In this document: positions 10,873 to 20,596 of the stretch, one piece after another
Position numbering within the stretch: position 1 is the stretch's first letter
How the letters are laid out: each line of letters starts with the position of its first letter
Assembly (NCBI GenBank): GCA_000002435.2
Contig: CM018793.1
DNA length: 64,000 nucleotides
Origin: Giardia intestinalis
Taxonomy: Eukaryota
Strand: one strand, 5' to 3'
Position numbers and translations under genes: made by a program
The notes under the pieces: generated by a model
The model's database searches: none
Told to the model about the DNA's origin: nothing
The model's input: the letters and a program-made list of their open reading frames with translations, nothing else

Positions 10873-10877
10873 GTAAA
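10871..10877 (+). promoter_or_regulatory. Putative Giardia-type polyadenylation signal AGTAAAC overlapping the TAA stop of the 8428-10872 gene.
   Basis: Matches the AGTRAAY consensus described for Giardia 3' ends and sits at the stop codon. Confidence 0.35.
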
Positions 10878-10939
10878 CACTTCTGTAAGTACTTCTGATA
10901 AAAAGAATTAAAATATAAATATATCTGGCGCGCCCCCAG

Positions 10940-11011
10940 TCCGGCGTAGTATAACGGCTAGAATGGTTGGTTCTCACCCAACAGATCCGGGTTCGATTCC
11001 CGGCGCCGGAG
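10940..11011 (+). tRNA. tRNA-Glu, anticodon CUC.
   Basis: Cloverleaf by hand. Acceptor TCCGGCG/CGCCGGA. Anticodon stem GTTGG/CCAAC with loop TTCTCAC (U33, CTC at 34-36, A37). T-arm CCGGG-TTCGATT-CCCGG. Discriminator G at 11011. 72 nt including discriminator. Confidence 0.85.
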
Positions 11012-12222
11012 CGTTTCCCGCCTTCCTTCGTCTTAGCATACGCCGCCCCACGGTGGGCCCAGACCCTAAGTATCGATTTGCAAAGACAGCTGACCGGACT
11101 GTCGCACAAGTAAGTAAGCTCGTGATCTGCAGCCAGTGATGATGCATCCATATTTAGTGAACAATAAACCAATTCCTAGAACTCCGGAATATAACTGGCT
11201 GTACTATGAGCCGACACAAGCCTTGAAGATAGATCTGCCACAACGTAATTAACTCTGCGCTGGGCGCCAAAGGTAGCCAGTCTATAGTGAGCTAGGCTCC
11301 ACAGGTCACATTTAGTATTGCATGCATGAAACGTGCTACTCCTCTACACGGCAAGTATAGCTTGTGAAAGAATGCACACTTGATTCTCGGTGTCTAGCTG
11401 CAAAGGTGATACATCTTTTAATGCATAGATGAATGGGTTTTTTGTAGCTCAGATAAAAAAGGTAGAATGGGCATTGGAAGAGCAAAACTCTAGAAGATAG
11501 GTTGGCATTCATTAAAAGGTAAGCTTCGAAGTGCACAAGTCTTTCAACCACATTCTCACTTTTAGTTTGAAGATTGTTCCACCTCATACAATCGGATTCT
11601 TTTGCAATCGCTGAAATTGTCATACCATCTCTTTCTAATTCTAACTTAATAGGAAACGCAACTACAAAGCCATTGGTTAATGGCCAACGTCACTATCATT
11701 ACATGAGCTATTAACTACTCATCTCACCATCTTTGTACTATGTTTAGCTTATCTTTTCGAAGAAGACTAGCCCGAGGTCAAATCTCTATAGCACCAGCTG
11801 GGCGTACCTCATAGGTATGCAGATTACTAGAAGTATACATTAATACTATGCTTAGTTTCCCCTTTAGTTATATTATTTACCTACATAGTAGAGAGATTGT
11901 AAATCGCTCGGAAGAAGAGTGAACTTCTAAAACAAATACTTAGTAGAATAAGATATGCGACACTACTGTTAGCTGTAGCGTCTACCGCAAAAGCGCCGGC
12001 CCAACGAATCTTTCTACAGTGGCGCGCAAAGTGTACTCGCGCACGCTACTGTCCTGACCTAGACATGGGACAGAAAATAGCCACTGATAAGAATTTATAC
12101 CTAACAAGATTTAGAGCGGTTTCAGTCGAATACTAATAAAGCGGAACCATTTATCTAGTCTAACTAGGGTAAGAATAGGTCCCGATTGTTCCAGTTTCAC
12201 AGAAACAGGAACGTAGATCTGC

Positions 12223-15200
12223 TCAAGCTGTCAATGGCCGGAGCCCGCTGGCCTGAGATTTATGCTTGGATGCCATCAAACTAAATGTGAGCCCGATGGT
12301 CCCGCCTACAAGAACGGTCACGCCAAGGGTGATCCCTGTGATCGCGCCTGGGCCGAGGCGGCGCTTGACCGACGAGCCTCCGCAGTAGTTCTCCAGGGGG
12401 AGGTTTCCGTCCGCACAACGGAGGCAGAGGACGGCGCCTGACCCTGCCTGCGCCTGGCAGAGCCCGCACCCGTGGATGCCTGCCATCCGAAGCCCCTGGG
12501 GCGCCGTCTGGTCGCAGGGCACACAGTCCCGGGGGCCTCCGAGGGGCGTCGCCTGGAAGTACCTGTCGGCACAGGCCAGACAGCTGGCTGCCGACGAGCA
12601 GGCGGCGCACGGAGAGGGGCATGCCAGGCAGCGGTCGCCCGCCAGGTGCCAGCCCCTCTTGCAGGAGGTGCAGACACCCCCGTCGCAACGGGCGCAACCG
12701 GCCGCGGTGCACGGGCTGCACGAGCCCCCGGAGAGCCCGTAGCCTTCCGCGCAGGCGTGGCACGTGACCCCCGCCCTTGCCCGGTCTGCCGCGCACACGG
12801 CACAGTGTGGAATTCCCGTGAAACCGTTCTGGCTTGTCACATCATCGCACGGGCGGCAATCGGACGGAGCAGAGACAGAGCTCTGCGTCGAGTAGTATCC
12901 CTGGCTGCACGCGCTGCATGTGGTGGCAGATGTGCAGCGGAGGCAACCAGGCGCGCAGGGGATGCATTCGCTGCCGCTTGTCCAGAAGCCCTCTGTCGGA
13001 CAGTCGCGGGGGCACAGGAGCATCCCGTCCAGAGTCAGCGCCTTGCGTCCACTCTCGCACGCCAGACAGACGACCGGGCCCACGCGATCAGCGAGGCGGC
13101 ACCTCTGGCAGCCGTCGACCCCTGTCCATCCTCCGCCTGCCCCCGCGTCGTTGCACAGCAGGCACCTGCTGGCGCTGGAGTGGGTCGGCCTGACCTCGAC
13201 GGCATTCTCGTTGCATCCTATGCACGCTATACTTTGCTCCCTACAGAGGCATTGCGGAGGGCAGATCTTGGGGACGCACTCTTCGCCGTTCCAGATGTGC
13301 TCTGGGACGCAGCTGGTGCATCTCGTGCTTGTACACGTTGCACAGTTGTCGATCGCGCACGGGATGCAGCTGTCAGCGGCCTCGTAGTACGTCATTGGAC
13401 AGACTGCATGGCAGGTCACCTCTGTCCCGGTCGAGAGCGCCTTGTAGCCCGGGAGACAGTCCTTGCACAGTGCGGGGCCCGCTACCTTCGGAGCCTCACA
13501 GAGCCTGCAGCCACTCACTCCCACCCAGCTGTCCCTGCCAGACGTGTCCGAGCAGGCAAGACAGGCTCCCAGGCCAGGCGTGGTGAACGTGCCAAAGTAT
13601 CCCTCGGCGCACTCTTTGCATTTATCAGCCCCCATACCATCGCACGTCTTGCACGCTGGGTGGCACGCAATGCAGGACGTGCTCTGGAGATAGTATCCGG
13701 CCCTGCAAGCAGTGCACGTGTTGGGGTCGTCTACGCACGCGCCGCAGTTGGGATCGGAGCAGCGCACGCAGCCCTTATCTGTCTTGGAAAAGCCTGCCTT
13801 GCATGCAGTGCACCCGGACGTCGACTCCGTGGTGTCTCCACAAATGCTCGTCCCCGGCGCCCTTTCCTTTGTGTAGCAGGCGCCCTCGAAGAGGAACATC
13901 CCGTCTCCGCAGTGCGAGCACACGCCCTTGCTGCAGATAAGTCCCTCCTTCGGCTCTGCGCACGTGCCATCCAGAGGAACCTCTCCGTCGATCAGGCAGC
14001 GCCCGCAGACGACCTGGCCGTCGACGACCACTGCATCGCGCTCATCGCAGATACCCGTGCCGGGGTACTCGCCTGCGGAGTAGCAGCCCCCCTGGTGGAG
14101 GAAGTAGCTCCCTCGGCACGCGGTGCAGCGGCCCTTCTTGGCGTCCTTTACGCATGGACCGGCAAGTGAGCGAGCTTCTCCAGGATAGAGTGTGCAGACG
14201 CCGTCGATCGGCACATAATCACTCGACGCGCACTGCGAGCACAGAGACCCGTCCATGACTGTGCAGGAGCCCCAACTGCAAGCGTCCTGCCCCACTCTTT
14301 TGCAGGGCTTCGTGCAGTATGCCCCGGCCCCGACGCCTGTCAGCGTGTAGGGCTGAATGCATTCTGTGCAGTACTTCACGTCTATCTCGCAGCTGGCGCA
14401 GTTGGAGACGGCGCAGGACATGCACGTCAGCGTCTCCTTGTTGTGACGGTAGCCGGGTCTGCACCGCCGACAGGTTCCGGCATCGCGGCCTGTTCCAAGG
14501 ACTTCGCAAATCCCACTTCCAGGAGTAGTCGTGATATCATAGCAGCCTCCCTCGTGGAAGAAGTAGTTCTCGGGACATATGACGCATAAACCGCTGGAGC
14601 ACGAGACACCATCTGGCACATCCTTTGTACACAGGCCATTTATTGGAAACTCTCCTGCAAGATTGCACTGCTTGCAATATGTGCGCCTTCCGACTGTCAG
14701 AAGCTCCCTACAAATGCCAGACCCGGGAATCGCGGCAGGGTCATAGCACCCGCCCATGTAGAGCATGTATCCGCGTAGGCACCCTGTGCAGACGCCCTTC
14801 CCCTTCTCGCAAACATAGTCTGTGTCATGCCCCGTGCAAGCCCCGTTGATCGGCCACTCGTCATCCAGCGCACACCTGGAACAGTACAGCGAGCCCATCG
14901 CCGTACAGCTGCCAGCCTTACAGTTACCAGACTCTGATCTACTGTCGTTGCAGCTTTGGATACACCGCGAGCCGTCCTCGCTAGGAATGTGCTTGTCCTT
15001 GCATCGCGTGCAGATGACCCTCTTTGGTGTCTCGCTTGGATAGCACTCTGTGCAGCCGTCAACGCCCGTGTATCCATTTGTTGCACCTGTATCATTACAT
15101 AGGATGCAGGACTCCTTTGTGGGATCGAGCAGGTCTGTGCTGTAGTACCCGGAGGCACACGATGTGCACACCCCTGCAACCGCTGAGTCGACGGCCACCG

Positions 15201-18200
15201 CGCAGACCACCGTTCCAGGCGAGCGTCCTATCTCGTAGCACCCCCCGGCGTGCAGGAAGAACCTTGGCCCGCAGCGTGTGCACGACGTGGGGCTTGGTGT
15301 GGCAGCGACACATTGCGATCTGATTGCCCTAGTGTTAGCCAATGCAACGCACGAGCCGTCGATCGGGACTTCCCCGTCTCGCTTGCATTGCTTGCAGATC
15401 GTGTACGGGCCCAGCGTAGCCTGGTGCTGGCTGTCACATATGGCAGTCCCAGCTGTTGCGCCTTTAGCATAGCAGCCCCCATAGTAGAGGAGGTGCGTGT
15501 CCTTGCAAGCCGCACACGTCCCGCTGGATGGGGTTGTACGGATGCAAGCGTCGTCATTTGCCTTGCACTTTCCGTCGATGATAACGCTGCTTAATAGCGC
15601 ACAGCGGCTGCATGCGAGCGTGCCGTTGACATTGCAGTATCCTGCAGCACAGGACGTGGGAAGCAATCCAACGGGGCATTCCTCAGTACATATGTTATTC
15701 CTCAGTGCAAATCTATCCTTGCAGACCTTACACCCAGTACTATCGCACTTCTTACACCCGGGTGTGCATGCAACACACGAGTTCCCACTGGCATAGTACC
15801 CATCCTGGCAAGAGGCGCAGGTATTTGCCGCATCGCACGTCAAGCAGTGGAGCACGCTGCAAGCAACACACTTTCCGGCCGCAAGATAGAAGCCGTCTGC
15901 GCATCCCGTGCATTTTGTTGCACTATCCTGGCACGTCTTGCAGCTCTTATCACACATCTGACAGAACTCAGCAGACTCATACATCCCATCCGGACACTTA
16001 GTAAAGCATGCAACCGTTGCAGGACTTCCATCCTTGGTTATCTGGAATGACTTAACACCCTGTTTGCACGACCTGCAGATGCCATCTCCCTTGACGGTGC
16101 AGTCATCCGAGACCTTGCACTCCCCATCAACGGGCACCTCATCCTTCTGCTTACACTTCGCACAAAACGACCCTGCGCCCGATGTCACGACATCCTGGGC
16201 GTCGCAGATGTCCCCCGCCTCGAACGACCCCGCTTCATAGCAGCCACCCTTGTACTTGATGTATCTGTGGGTGCAGTATTTGCAGGTGCCATTAGCTTGT
16301 TTATATTGTATGCACACGCCTGCGGCCACTGAAGCACACACGCCGTTGACTGGGCCCTCGGCGTCAGCAGCGCACTGGGAGCAGTAGAACGTGCCCAGGA
16401 CATCACACTTGTCCTTTCTGCACCTGTGCTCCTTGGGGTCTGCCTCTGCCTCAACGCACGTTTGCACGCACTCCGTTCCCCCGTTCATTGGTCTGTAGAA
16501 CTGCTCGCAGGCAACACAGACCAGGAGTCCGTTGGAAACCTTGCAGCTCTTGCAGTGGGGTATGCCCTTCAGCGTGTCGCTGTTCTCTGTGCACGGAACA
16601 CACGAGTCGCTGATACTTGAGCGGTCGGGGGGCGCGTAGTATCCCTCTTTACAAATATCACAGATCCCATTGTCAGATCCGATGCTTTTGCATAGTATAG
16701 TTCCGGGAGCAAGGTCTGCTGAGACACAACTCCCTTTAAGCAGAAAATGATTGTCAACACAATAATAACATCGTCCAGTAGGCACACGGGCCAAAACGCA
16801 CGGAGAAAGCTTGCTGTCAGACATAGGAATGCAGTGCCCATTAACTGGCAGATCAGATAAAATGCTACATCGGAAGCAATACGTCACGCCATCCATTACA
16901 GCATACTCGCCACAAATGGCGTTTCCTGGATAGGTCTTTGGATTATAGCAACCATTCTTATAATAAAAGAATAATCCTGCGCATCCAGTGCATGTACCAT
17001 TTGGCACACCCGACTTCTTACATATATTCTCCTTATCGACACTAGTACATTTGCCATCGATAAGAGCATCTGTATTCAACGCGCACTTTGAACAAAAGGT
17101 AGCTCCAAGCACATTACAAAAATCAACGGCACACTGACCTGATCTAGGTTGTAGCGAGTCAGTCGGGAGAGGGCAGCTTTCCTCGCATACACCGTTAACC
17201 AATAAATAGCGATCTAGACAGCTTGTGCAGTGTCCTGGACCAGAGATTAGGGGAGCTAAACACGTTCTACAAAAAGCTATACCGGTGTAGCCGAAAATTC
17301 CACCTACATCGCTACAGTGAATGCACGATTGAATCGTTGAGCTTCGAACAGGATTGAGATAATAAGTTGGTCCACATACTTCGCAAACGCCTGCTCTTGC
17401 TTTAGTGCATATCTGTGGATAAAATTCTGGTGTAAAGCAAACTGTACGGTGCAAGAAATATCCAGCTCCACAACCAGTGCACACTCCCTCTTTGCACGTA
17501 TTTCCATAAGTTTCGGTGGTGCAAGATCCGTTAATAGGATATTCTGTTTCGAGAGTGCATTTCTTACAATATGTAAATCCATAACCTGTAAGTGTGTGTT
17601 CCTTTTCACATATCGGTATTACTGGCTTAATCGTATTGTAACATCCACCGTAGTAGAGAAGATAGCCTTTTGAGCATCTCCGGCATCTACCGCCCTCCAT
17701 AACAGCACACTCGGGAGCATCTTCCCGTAGAGGCCGGCAAACCCCATCTATGGGAACCTCACGTTCTATACTACACCTTTCGCAGAATGTCTTATCACGA
17801 ACAACACATCCTCCGTAAATGCAGCCCCCAGGCGTGAGTTCCTCCGTGCAAGCTTTAACACATGAGTCCTTACCTTCATTCTTTTGAAGCTGATAACTAT
17901 AAGCGCAACTATTGCAAACGTCCACGCCCCCATCACAGTTTACGCAGTACTTGATGTTACATGGTCTGCATTCTGATCCAACATGGGTATATCCAGAGGC
18001 ACAAACTGAACAAGTAGCTGTGTCGTCGACATCCTTACAAATACTGAGGCCGATGGGCGTTCCTTTTTCATAGCATCCTCCTTTGTAAGGAAAATACCGA
18101 GGTGGACACTCTGTGCAGCGGCCAGATACTACTTTGGCGCCCATTAAGGCAGATGTGCACTGTCCATTTATGGGGCACTCATTATCATTTGCGCAACAAG

Positions 18201-19812
18201 AACAAAGTGCAGACGAGAAAATGTTGCAATGATCAGACTTACATGACCCCGGAGCAAGACCGTTTGTCCAGCACGATATTTCGCAGTGATTTTCTGTTAG
18301 GAGATATCCCCTTTCGCAGACTGTGCATTGCGCTCGTTGGCCTCGTGGAAGAGGTAAGCATTTTGCACAGTGAGCTATGCCAGCGTTATCGTACTGAAGA
18401 AGTACATCATTACAATACTTGCACATACCTTTCCCCATCGAAAACACTTGAAAGAATATTTCTGGAGCACAAGAAGTACAATCATTCGCGTTAGGACCAA
18501 GGCATGAAGCACAATTTGAATGGCATGGAATACAATCTCCTCTGTTGCGAAAATAGTTGTCTACACACGCTTTGCATTTCCCAGCATTATCCACCTCGTT
18601 ACATATGACGTTTCCTGGAGCAGATTCTGGGGAATAACATCCACCTTGGTAAATGAAGTAATTCTTACCACAAGAGGTACACTTAATAGAGACAGGTGTT
18701 GGTAGACCGCCGGCTGAATCTCGACAACCAGAAGTTACAACTAGCGGATTATTGTATGGCACACATACTCCGTTGATTGGAACGAAACCAGGCGTACCAC
18801 ATTTCGCACAAAAGGTTGCACCCCTAATATCAGTAGTGTAGGCACATGCCTTAAGTCCTAGCTCAGTATCCACACGATAACATCCGCCTTGAAAAAGGAT
18901 GTATCCCTTTCCACAGTTATCACACATTCCCAACGAGATGGATATATGGAGACAAATATTCTGGTCATTAGAAGTGCAAACTCCGTTAATCGGTACTTCG
19001 GTGCCAAGAGAACAGTGGGCACAGAGTTTGTTCTCAAAAGCAGTACATCCATCTTCAGCACACTTTCCAGACTTGGCTATTTTACTTTTATCACAAGTGA
19101 GAATACATGTACGAGTCTGTGAATCATATGAATAGTTATCAATACAAAGAAGACACTCATTAGGCGTTGCACCCGTACACATCAAGCAATTGCTAGGGCA
19201 AGTAAGACACTGATTTCCAGCCAAATAATATTGTGCTTGACAAGAGAGGCATTTCAAAGAATCACTGGTACTCATTGTACAAGAGCGACAATTTTCTATA
19301 CCGTAAGGTTTATCTGAACACCTTTTACAGAGAGACCCATCAAGAAAACGATCCGGAGGACAACTCAGGCACTGATTTTCAGAACTTCCAGAACAAGAAC
19401 TGCAGTGAGCATGACAGGTCTTACAAGTCTGAGGAGTTGCTTGAGTGTCGAGATAGTAACCTAAAGAGCATATTTTGCAAAGATTCCTGGCTAGATCAAC
19501 GCAAATAAGATTTCCAGGACTATAAAGTATATTGTAACACCCGCCCTCATGAATGAAATAATTCTTTTCTACACATGAAGAACAGGTTTTAGCAGAGTTT
19601 TTAAGAGGCTTACCTGCCTCAGAAGCGCAGCCGGAGGCCACAGCCCTGGGGTCGTCGTACGGGATACAGAGTCCGTTTATAGGAACCTCACCAGGGGTGG
19701 CACACTCAGAACAATACCGGCCCTCTAAAATAGTGCATTTTCCTATAGCGCACTCTCCAGGTCGATTCCCATGGGTACATGAGAGTGCAAGTCCAAAAAT
19801 GATCGCCAGCAT
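12223..19812 (-). CDS. High-cysteine membrane protein (HCMP), 2529 aa. It has a signal peptide, dozens of CXXC/EGF-like modules, one C-terminal TM helix and a short cytoplasmic tail.
   Basis: N-terminal MLAIIFGLALSCTHG signal-like segment. Pervasive C-x2-C and GGCY motifs (e.g. CTSCGKNYFIYQGGCY). C-terminus GITLGVTVLVGGTIGLTFSLMASKHKSQASGLRPLTA (TM + tail). ATG at 19810-19812. The 3' ~4.4 kb is visibly GC-rich; the 5' ~3.1 kb is AT-richer. Confidence 0.85.
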   Translation of the reverse strand: MLAIIFGLALSCTHGNRPGECAIGKCTILEGRYCSECATPGEVPINGLCIPYDDPRAVASGCASEAGKPLKNSAKTCSSCVEKNYFIHEGGCYNILYSPGNLICVDLARNLCKICSLGYYLDTQATPQTCKTCHAHCSSCSGSSENQCLSCPPDRFLDGSLCKRCSDKPYGIENCRSCTMSTSDSLKCLSCQAQYYLAGNQCLTCPSNCLMCTGATPNECLLCIDNYSYDSQTRTCILTCDKSKIAKSGKCAEDGCTAFENKLCAHCSLGTEVPINGVCTSNDQNICLHISISLGMCDNCGKGYILFQGGCYRVDTELGLKACAYTTDIRGATFCAKCGTPGFVPINGVCVPYNNPLVVTSGCRDSAGGLPTPVSIKCTSCGKNYFIYQGGCYSPESAPGNVICNEVDNAGKCKACVDNYFRNRGDCIPCHSNCASCLGPNANDCTSCAPEIFFQVFSMGKGMCKYCNDVLLQYDNAGIAHCAKCLPLPRGQRAQCTVCERGYLLTENHCEISCWTNGLAPGSCKSDHCNIFSSALCSCCANDNECPINGQCTSALMGAKVVSGRCTECPPRYFPYKGGCYEKGTPIGLSICKDVDDTATCSVCASGYTHVGSECRPCNIKYCVNCDGGVDVCNSCAYSYQLQKNEGKDSCVKACTEELTPGGCIYGGCVVRDKTFCERCSIEREVPIDGVCRPLREDAPECAVMEGGRCRRCSKGYLLYYGGCYNTIKPVIPICEKEHTLTGYGFTYCKKCTLETEYPINGSCTTETYGNTCKEGVCTGCGAGYFLHRTVCFTPEFYPQICTKARAGVCEVCGPTYYLNPVRSSTIQSCIHCSDVGGIFGYTGIAFCRTCLAPLISGPGHCTSCLDRYLLVNGVCEESCPLPTDSLQPRSGQCAVDFCNVLGATFCSKCALNTDALIDGKCTSVDKENICKKSGVPNGTCTGCAGLFFYYKNGCYNPKTYPGNAICGEYAVMDGVTYCFRCSILSDLPVNGHCIPMSDSKLSPCVLARVPTGRCYYCVDNHFLLKGSCVSADLAPGTILCKSIGSDNGICDICKEGYYAPPDRSSISDSCVPCTENSDTLKGIPHCKSCKVSNGLLVCVACEQFYRPMNGGTECVQTCVEAEADPKEHRCRKDKCDVLGTFYCSQCAADAEGPVNGVCASVAAGVCIQYKQANGTCKYCTHRYIKYKGGCYEAGSFEAGDICDAQDVVTSGAGSFCAKCKQKDEVPVDGECKVSDDCTVKGDGICRSCKQGVKSFQITKDGSPATVACFTKCPDGMYESAEFCQMCDKSCKTCQDSATKCTGCADGFYLAAGKCVACSVLHCLTCDAANTCASCQDGYYASGNSCVACTPGCKKCDSTGCKVCKDRFALRNNICTEECPVGLLPTSCAAGYCNVNGTLACSRCALLSSVIIDGKCKANDDACIRTTPSSGTCAACKDTHLLYYGGCYAKGATAGTAICDSQHQATLGPYTICKQCKRDGEVPIDGSCVALANTRAIRSQCVAATPSPTSCTRCGPRFFLHAGGCYEIGRSPGTVVCAVAVDSAVAGVCTSCASGYYSTDLLDPTKESCILCNDTGATNGYTGVDGCTECYPSETPKRVICTRCKDKHIPSEDGSRCIQSCNDSRSESGNCKAGSCTAMGSLYCSRCALDDEWPINGACTGHDTDYVCEKGKGVCTGCLRGYMLYMGGCYDPAAIPGSGICRELLTVGRRTYCKQCNLAGEFPINGLCTKDVPDGVSCSSGLCVICPENYFFHEGGCYDITTTPGSGICEVLGTGRDAGTCRRCRPGYRHNKETLTCMSCAVSNCASCEIDVKYCTECIQPYTLTGVGAGAYCTKPCKRVGQDACSWGSCTVMDGSLCSQCASSDYVPIDGVCTLYPGEARSLAGPCVKDAKKGRCTACRGSYFLHQGGCYSAGEYPGTGICDERDAVVVDGQVVCGRCLIDGEVPLDGTCAEPKEGLICSKGVCSHCGDGMFLFEGACYTKERAPGTSICGDTTESTSGCTACKAGFSKTDKGCVRCSDPNCGACVDDPNTCTACRAGYYLQSTSCIACHPACKTCDGMGADKCKECAEGYFGTFTTPGLGACLACSDTSGRDSWVGVSGCRLCEAPKVAGPALCKDCLPGYKALSTGTEVTCHAVCPMTYYEAADSCIPCAIDNCATCTSTRCTSCVPEHIWNGEECVPKICPPQCLCREQSIACIGCNENAVEVRPTHSSASRCLLCNDAGAGGGWTGVDGCQRCRLADRVGPVVCLACESGRKALTLDGMLLCPRDCPTEGFWTSGSECIPCAPGCLRCTSATTCSACSQGYYSTQSSVSAPSDCRPCDDVTSQNGFTGIPHCAVCAADRARAGVTCHACAEGYGLSGGSCSPCTAAGCARCDGGVCTSCKRGWHLAGDRCLACPSPCAACSSAASCLACADRYFQATPLGGPRDCVPCDQTAPQGLRMAGIHGCGLCQAQAGSGAVLCLRCADGNLPLENYCGGSSVKRRLGPGAITGITLGVTVLVGGTIGLTFSLMASKHKSQASGLRPLTA

Positions 19813-19999
19813 GTGATGCTATTTTTACATAAACGCCTTTATACATTAGAATCACACATCATAAATTTGGCTTTTCCAGAGCTAATTTCCTATTTTTGAA
19901 TACAAAAATATATTCCCATCTTTCAATCTGGTCTATTTATCACACTACAGTAGTGTTATTTAAACGCTCGTATGTGATGCTCCTAAAGATGGTTGAATC

Positions 20000-20596
20000 G
20001 TGCTAATTTTGCATTGTATTATGTGCGCGGCAGACCGGGCAAGGGCGGGGGTCACGTGCCACGCCTGCGCGGAAGGCTACGGGCTCTCCGGGGGCTCGTG
20101 CAGCCCGTGCACCGCGGCCGGTTGCGCCCGTTGCGACGGGGGTGTCTGCACCTCCTGCAAGAGGGGCTGGCACCTGGCGGGCGACCGCTGCCTGGCATGC
20201 CCCTCTCCGTGCGCCGCCTGCTCGTCGGCAGCCAGCTGTCTGGCCTGTGCCGACAGGTACTTCCAGGCGACGCCCCTCGGAGGCCCCCGGGACTGTGTGC
20301 CCTGCGACCAGACGGCGCCCCAGGGGCTTCGGATGGCAGGCATCCACGGGTGCGGGCTCTGCCAGGCGCAGGCAGGGTCAGGCGCCGTCCTCTGCCTCCG
20401 TTGTGCGGACGGAAACCTCCCCCTGGAGAACTACTGCGGAGGCTCGTCGGTCAAGCGCCGCCTCGGCCCAGGCGCGATCACAGGGATCACCCTTGGCGTG
20501 ACCGTTCTTGTAGGCGGGACCATCGGGCTCACATTTAGTTTGATGGCATCCAAGCATAAATCTCAGGCCAGCGGGCTCCGGCCATTGACAGCTTGA
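20000..20596 (+). pseudogene. Detached copy of the HCMP C-terminal ~190 codons (cysteine modules + TM + ...KHKSQASGLRPLTA tail). It has no signal peptide and no upstream gene body. Probably a gene fragment created by the inverted duplication, but an ATG at 20000 abuts the shared AT-rich promoter region.
   Basis: Protein identical to the C-terminus of 12223-19812 from CAADRARAGVTCHACAEGY onward. The first 8 codons (MLILHCIM) are unique. Confidence 0.5.

Larger units (their letters stand above)
10461..12794. repeat. Inverted-repeat arm A (~2.33 kb). Contains the 3' tail of the 21.1-like gene, tRNA-Glu, an AT-rich intergenic stretch and the last ~190 codons of the HCMP gene.
   Basis: Reverse-complement identity with 20025-22357. 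Spot checks are exact: 11941-12000 vs 20821-20880, and the tRNA. Six-frame ORFs are duplicated with identical protein sequence (10867-11172 vs 21647-21952; 11336-11623 vs 21196-21483; 12281-12796 vs 19993-20538). Confidence 0.85.

Noticed and set aside
11336-11623. 95-aa ORF on the minus strand in the AT-rich core of IR arm A (mirror 21196-21483), and the 101-aa ORF 10867-11172 overlapping the tRNA.
   Set aside because: No motif is recognised, the composition is low-complexity, and 10867-11172 runs antisense through the tRNA gene. They are probably chance ORFs in intergenic DNA, although their duplication in the IR means any function would be duplicated too.
12281-16454. Long Ala/Arg/Pro-rich ORFs antisense or out of frame to the HCMP gene (e.g. 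12472-14169 + 565 aa; 12281-12796 - 171 aa; 12318-12803 - 161 aa) and their mirror copies at 19993-20538.
   Set aside because: These are a typical artefact of a GC-rich region where stop codons are rare in all frames. The coding frame with CXXC modules, signal peptide and TM tail is unambiguous.
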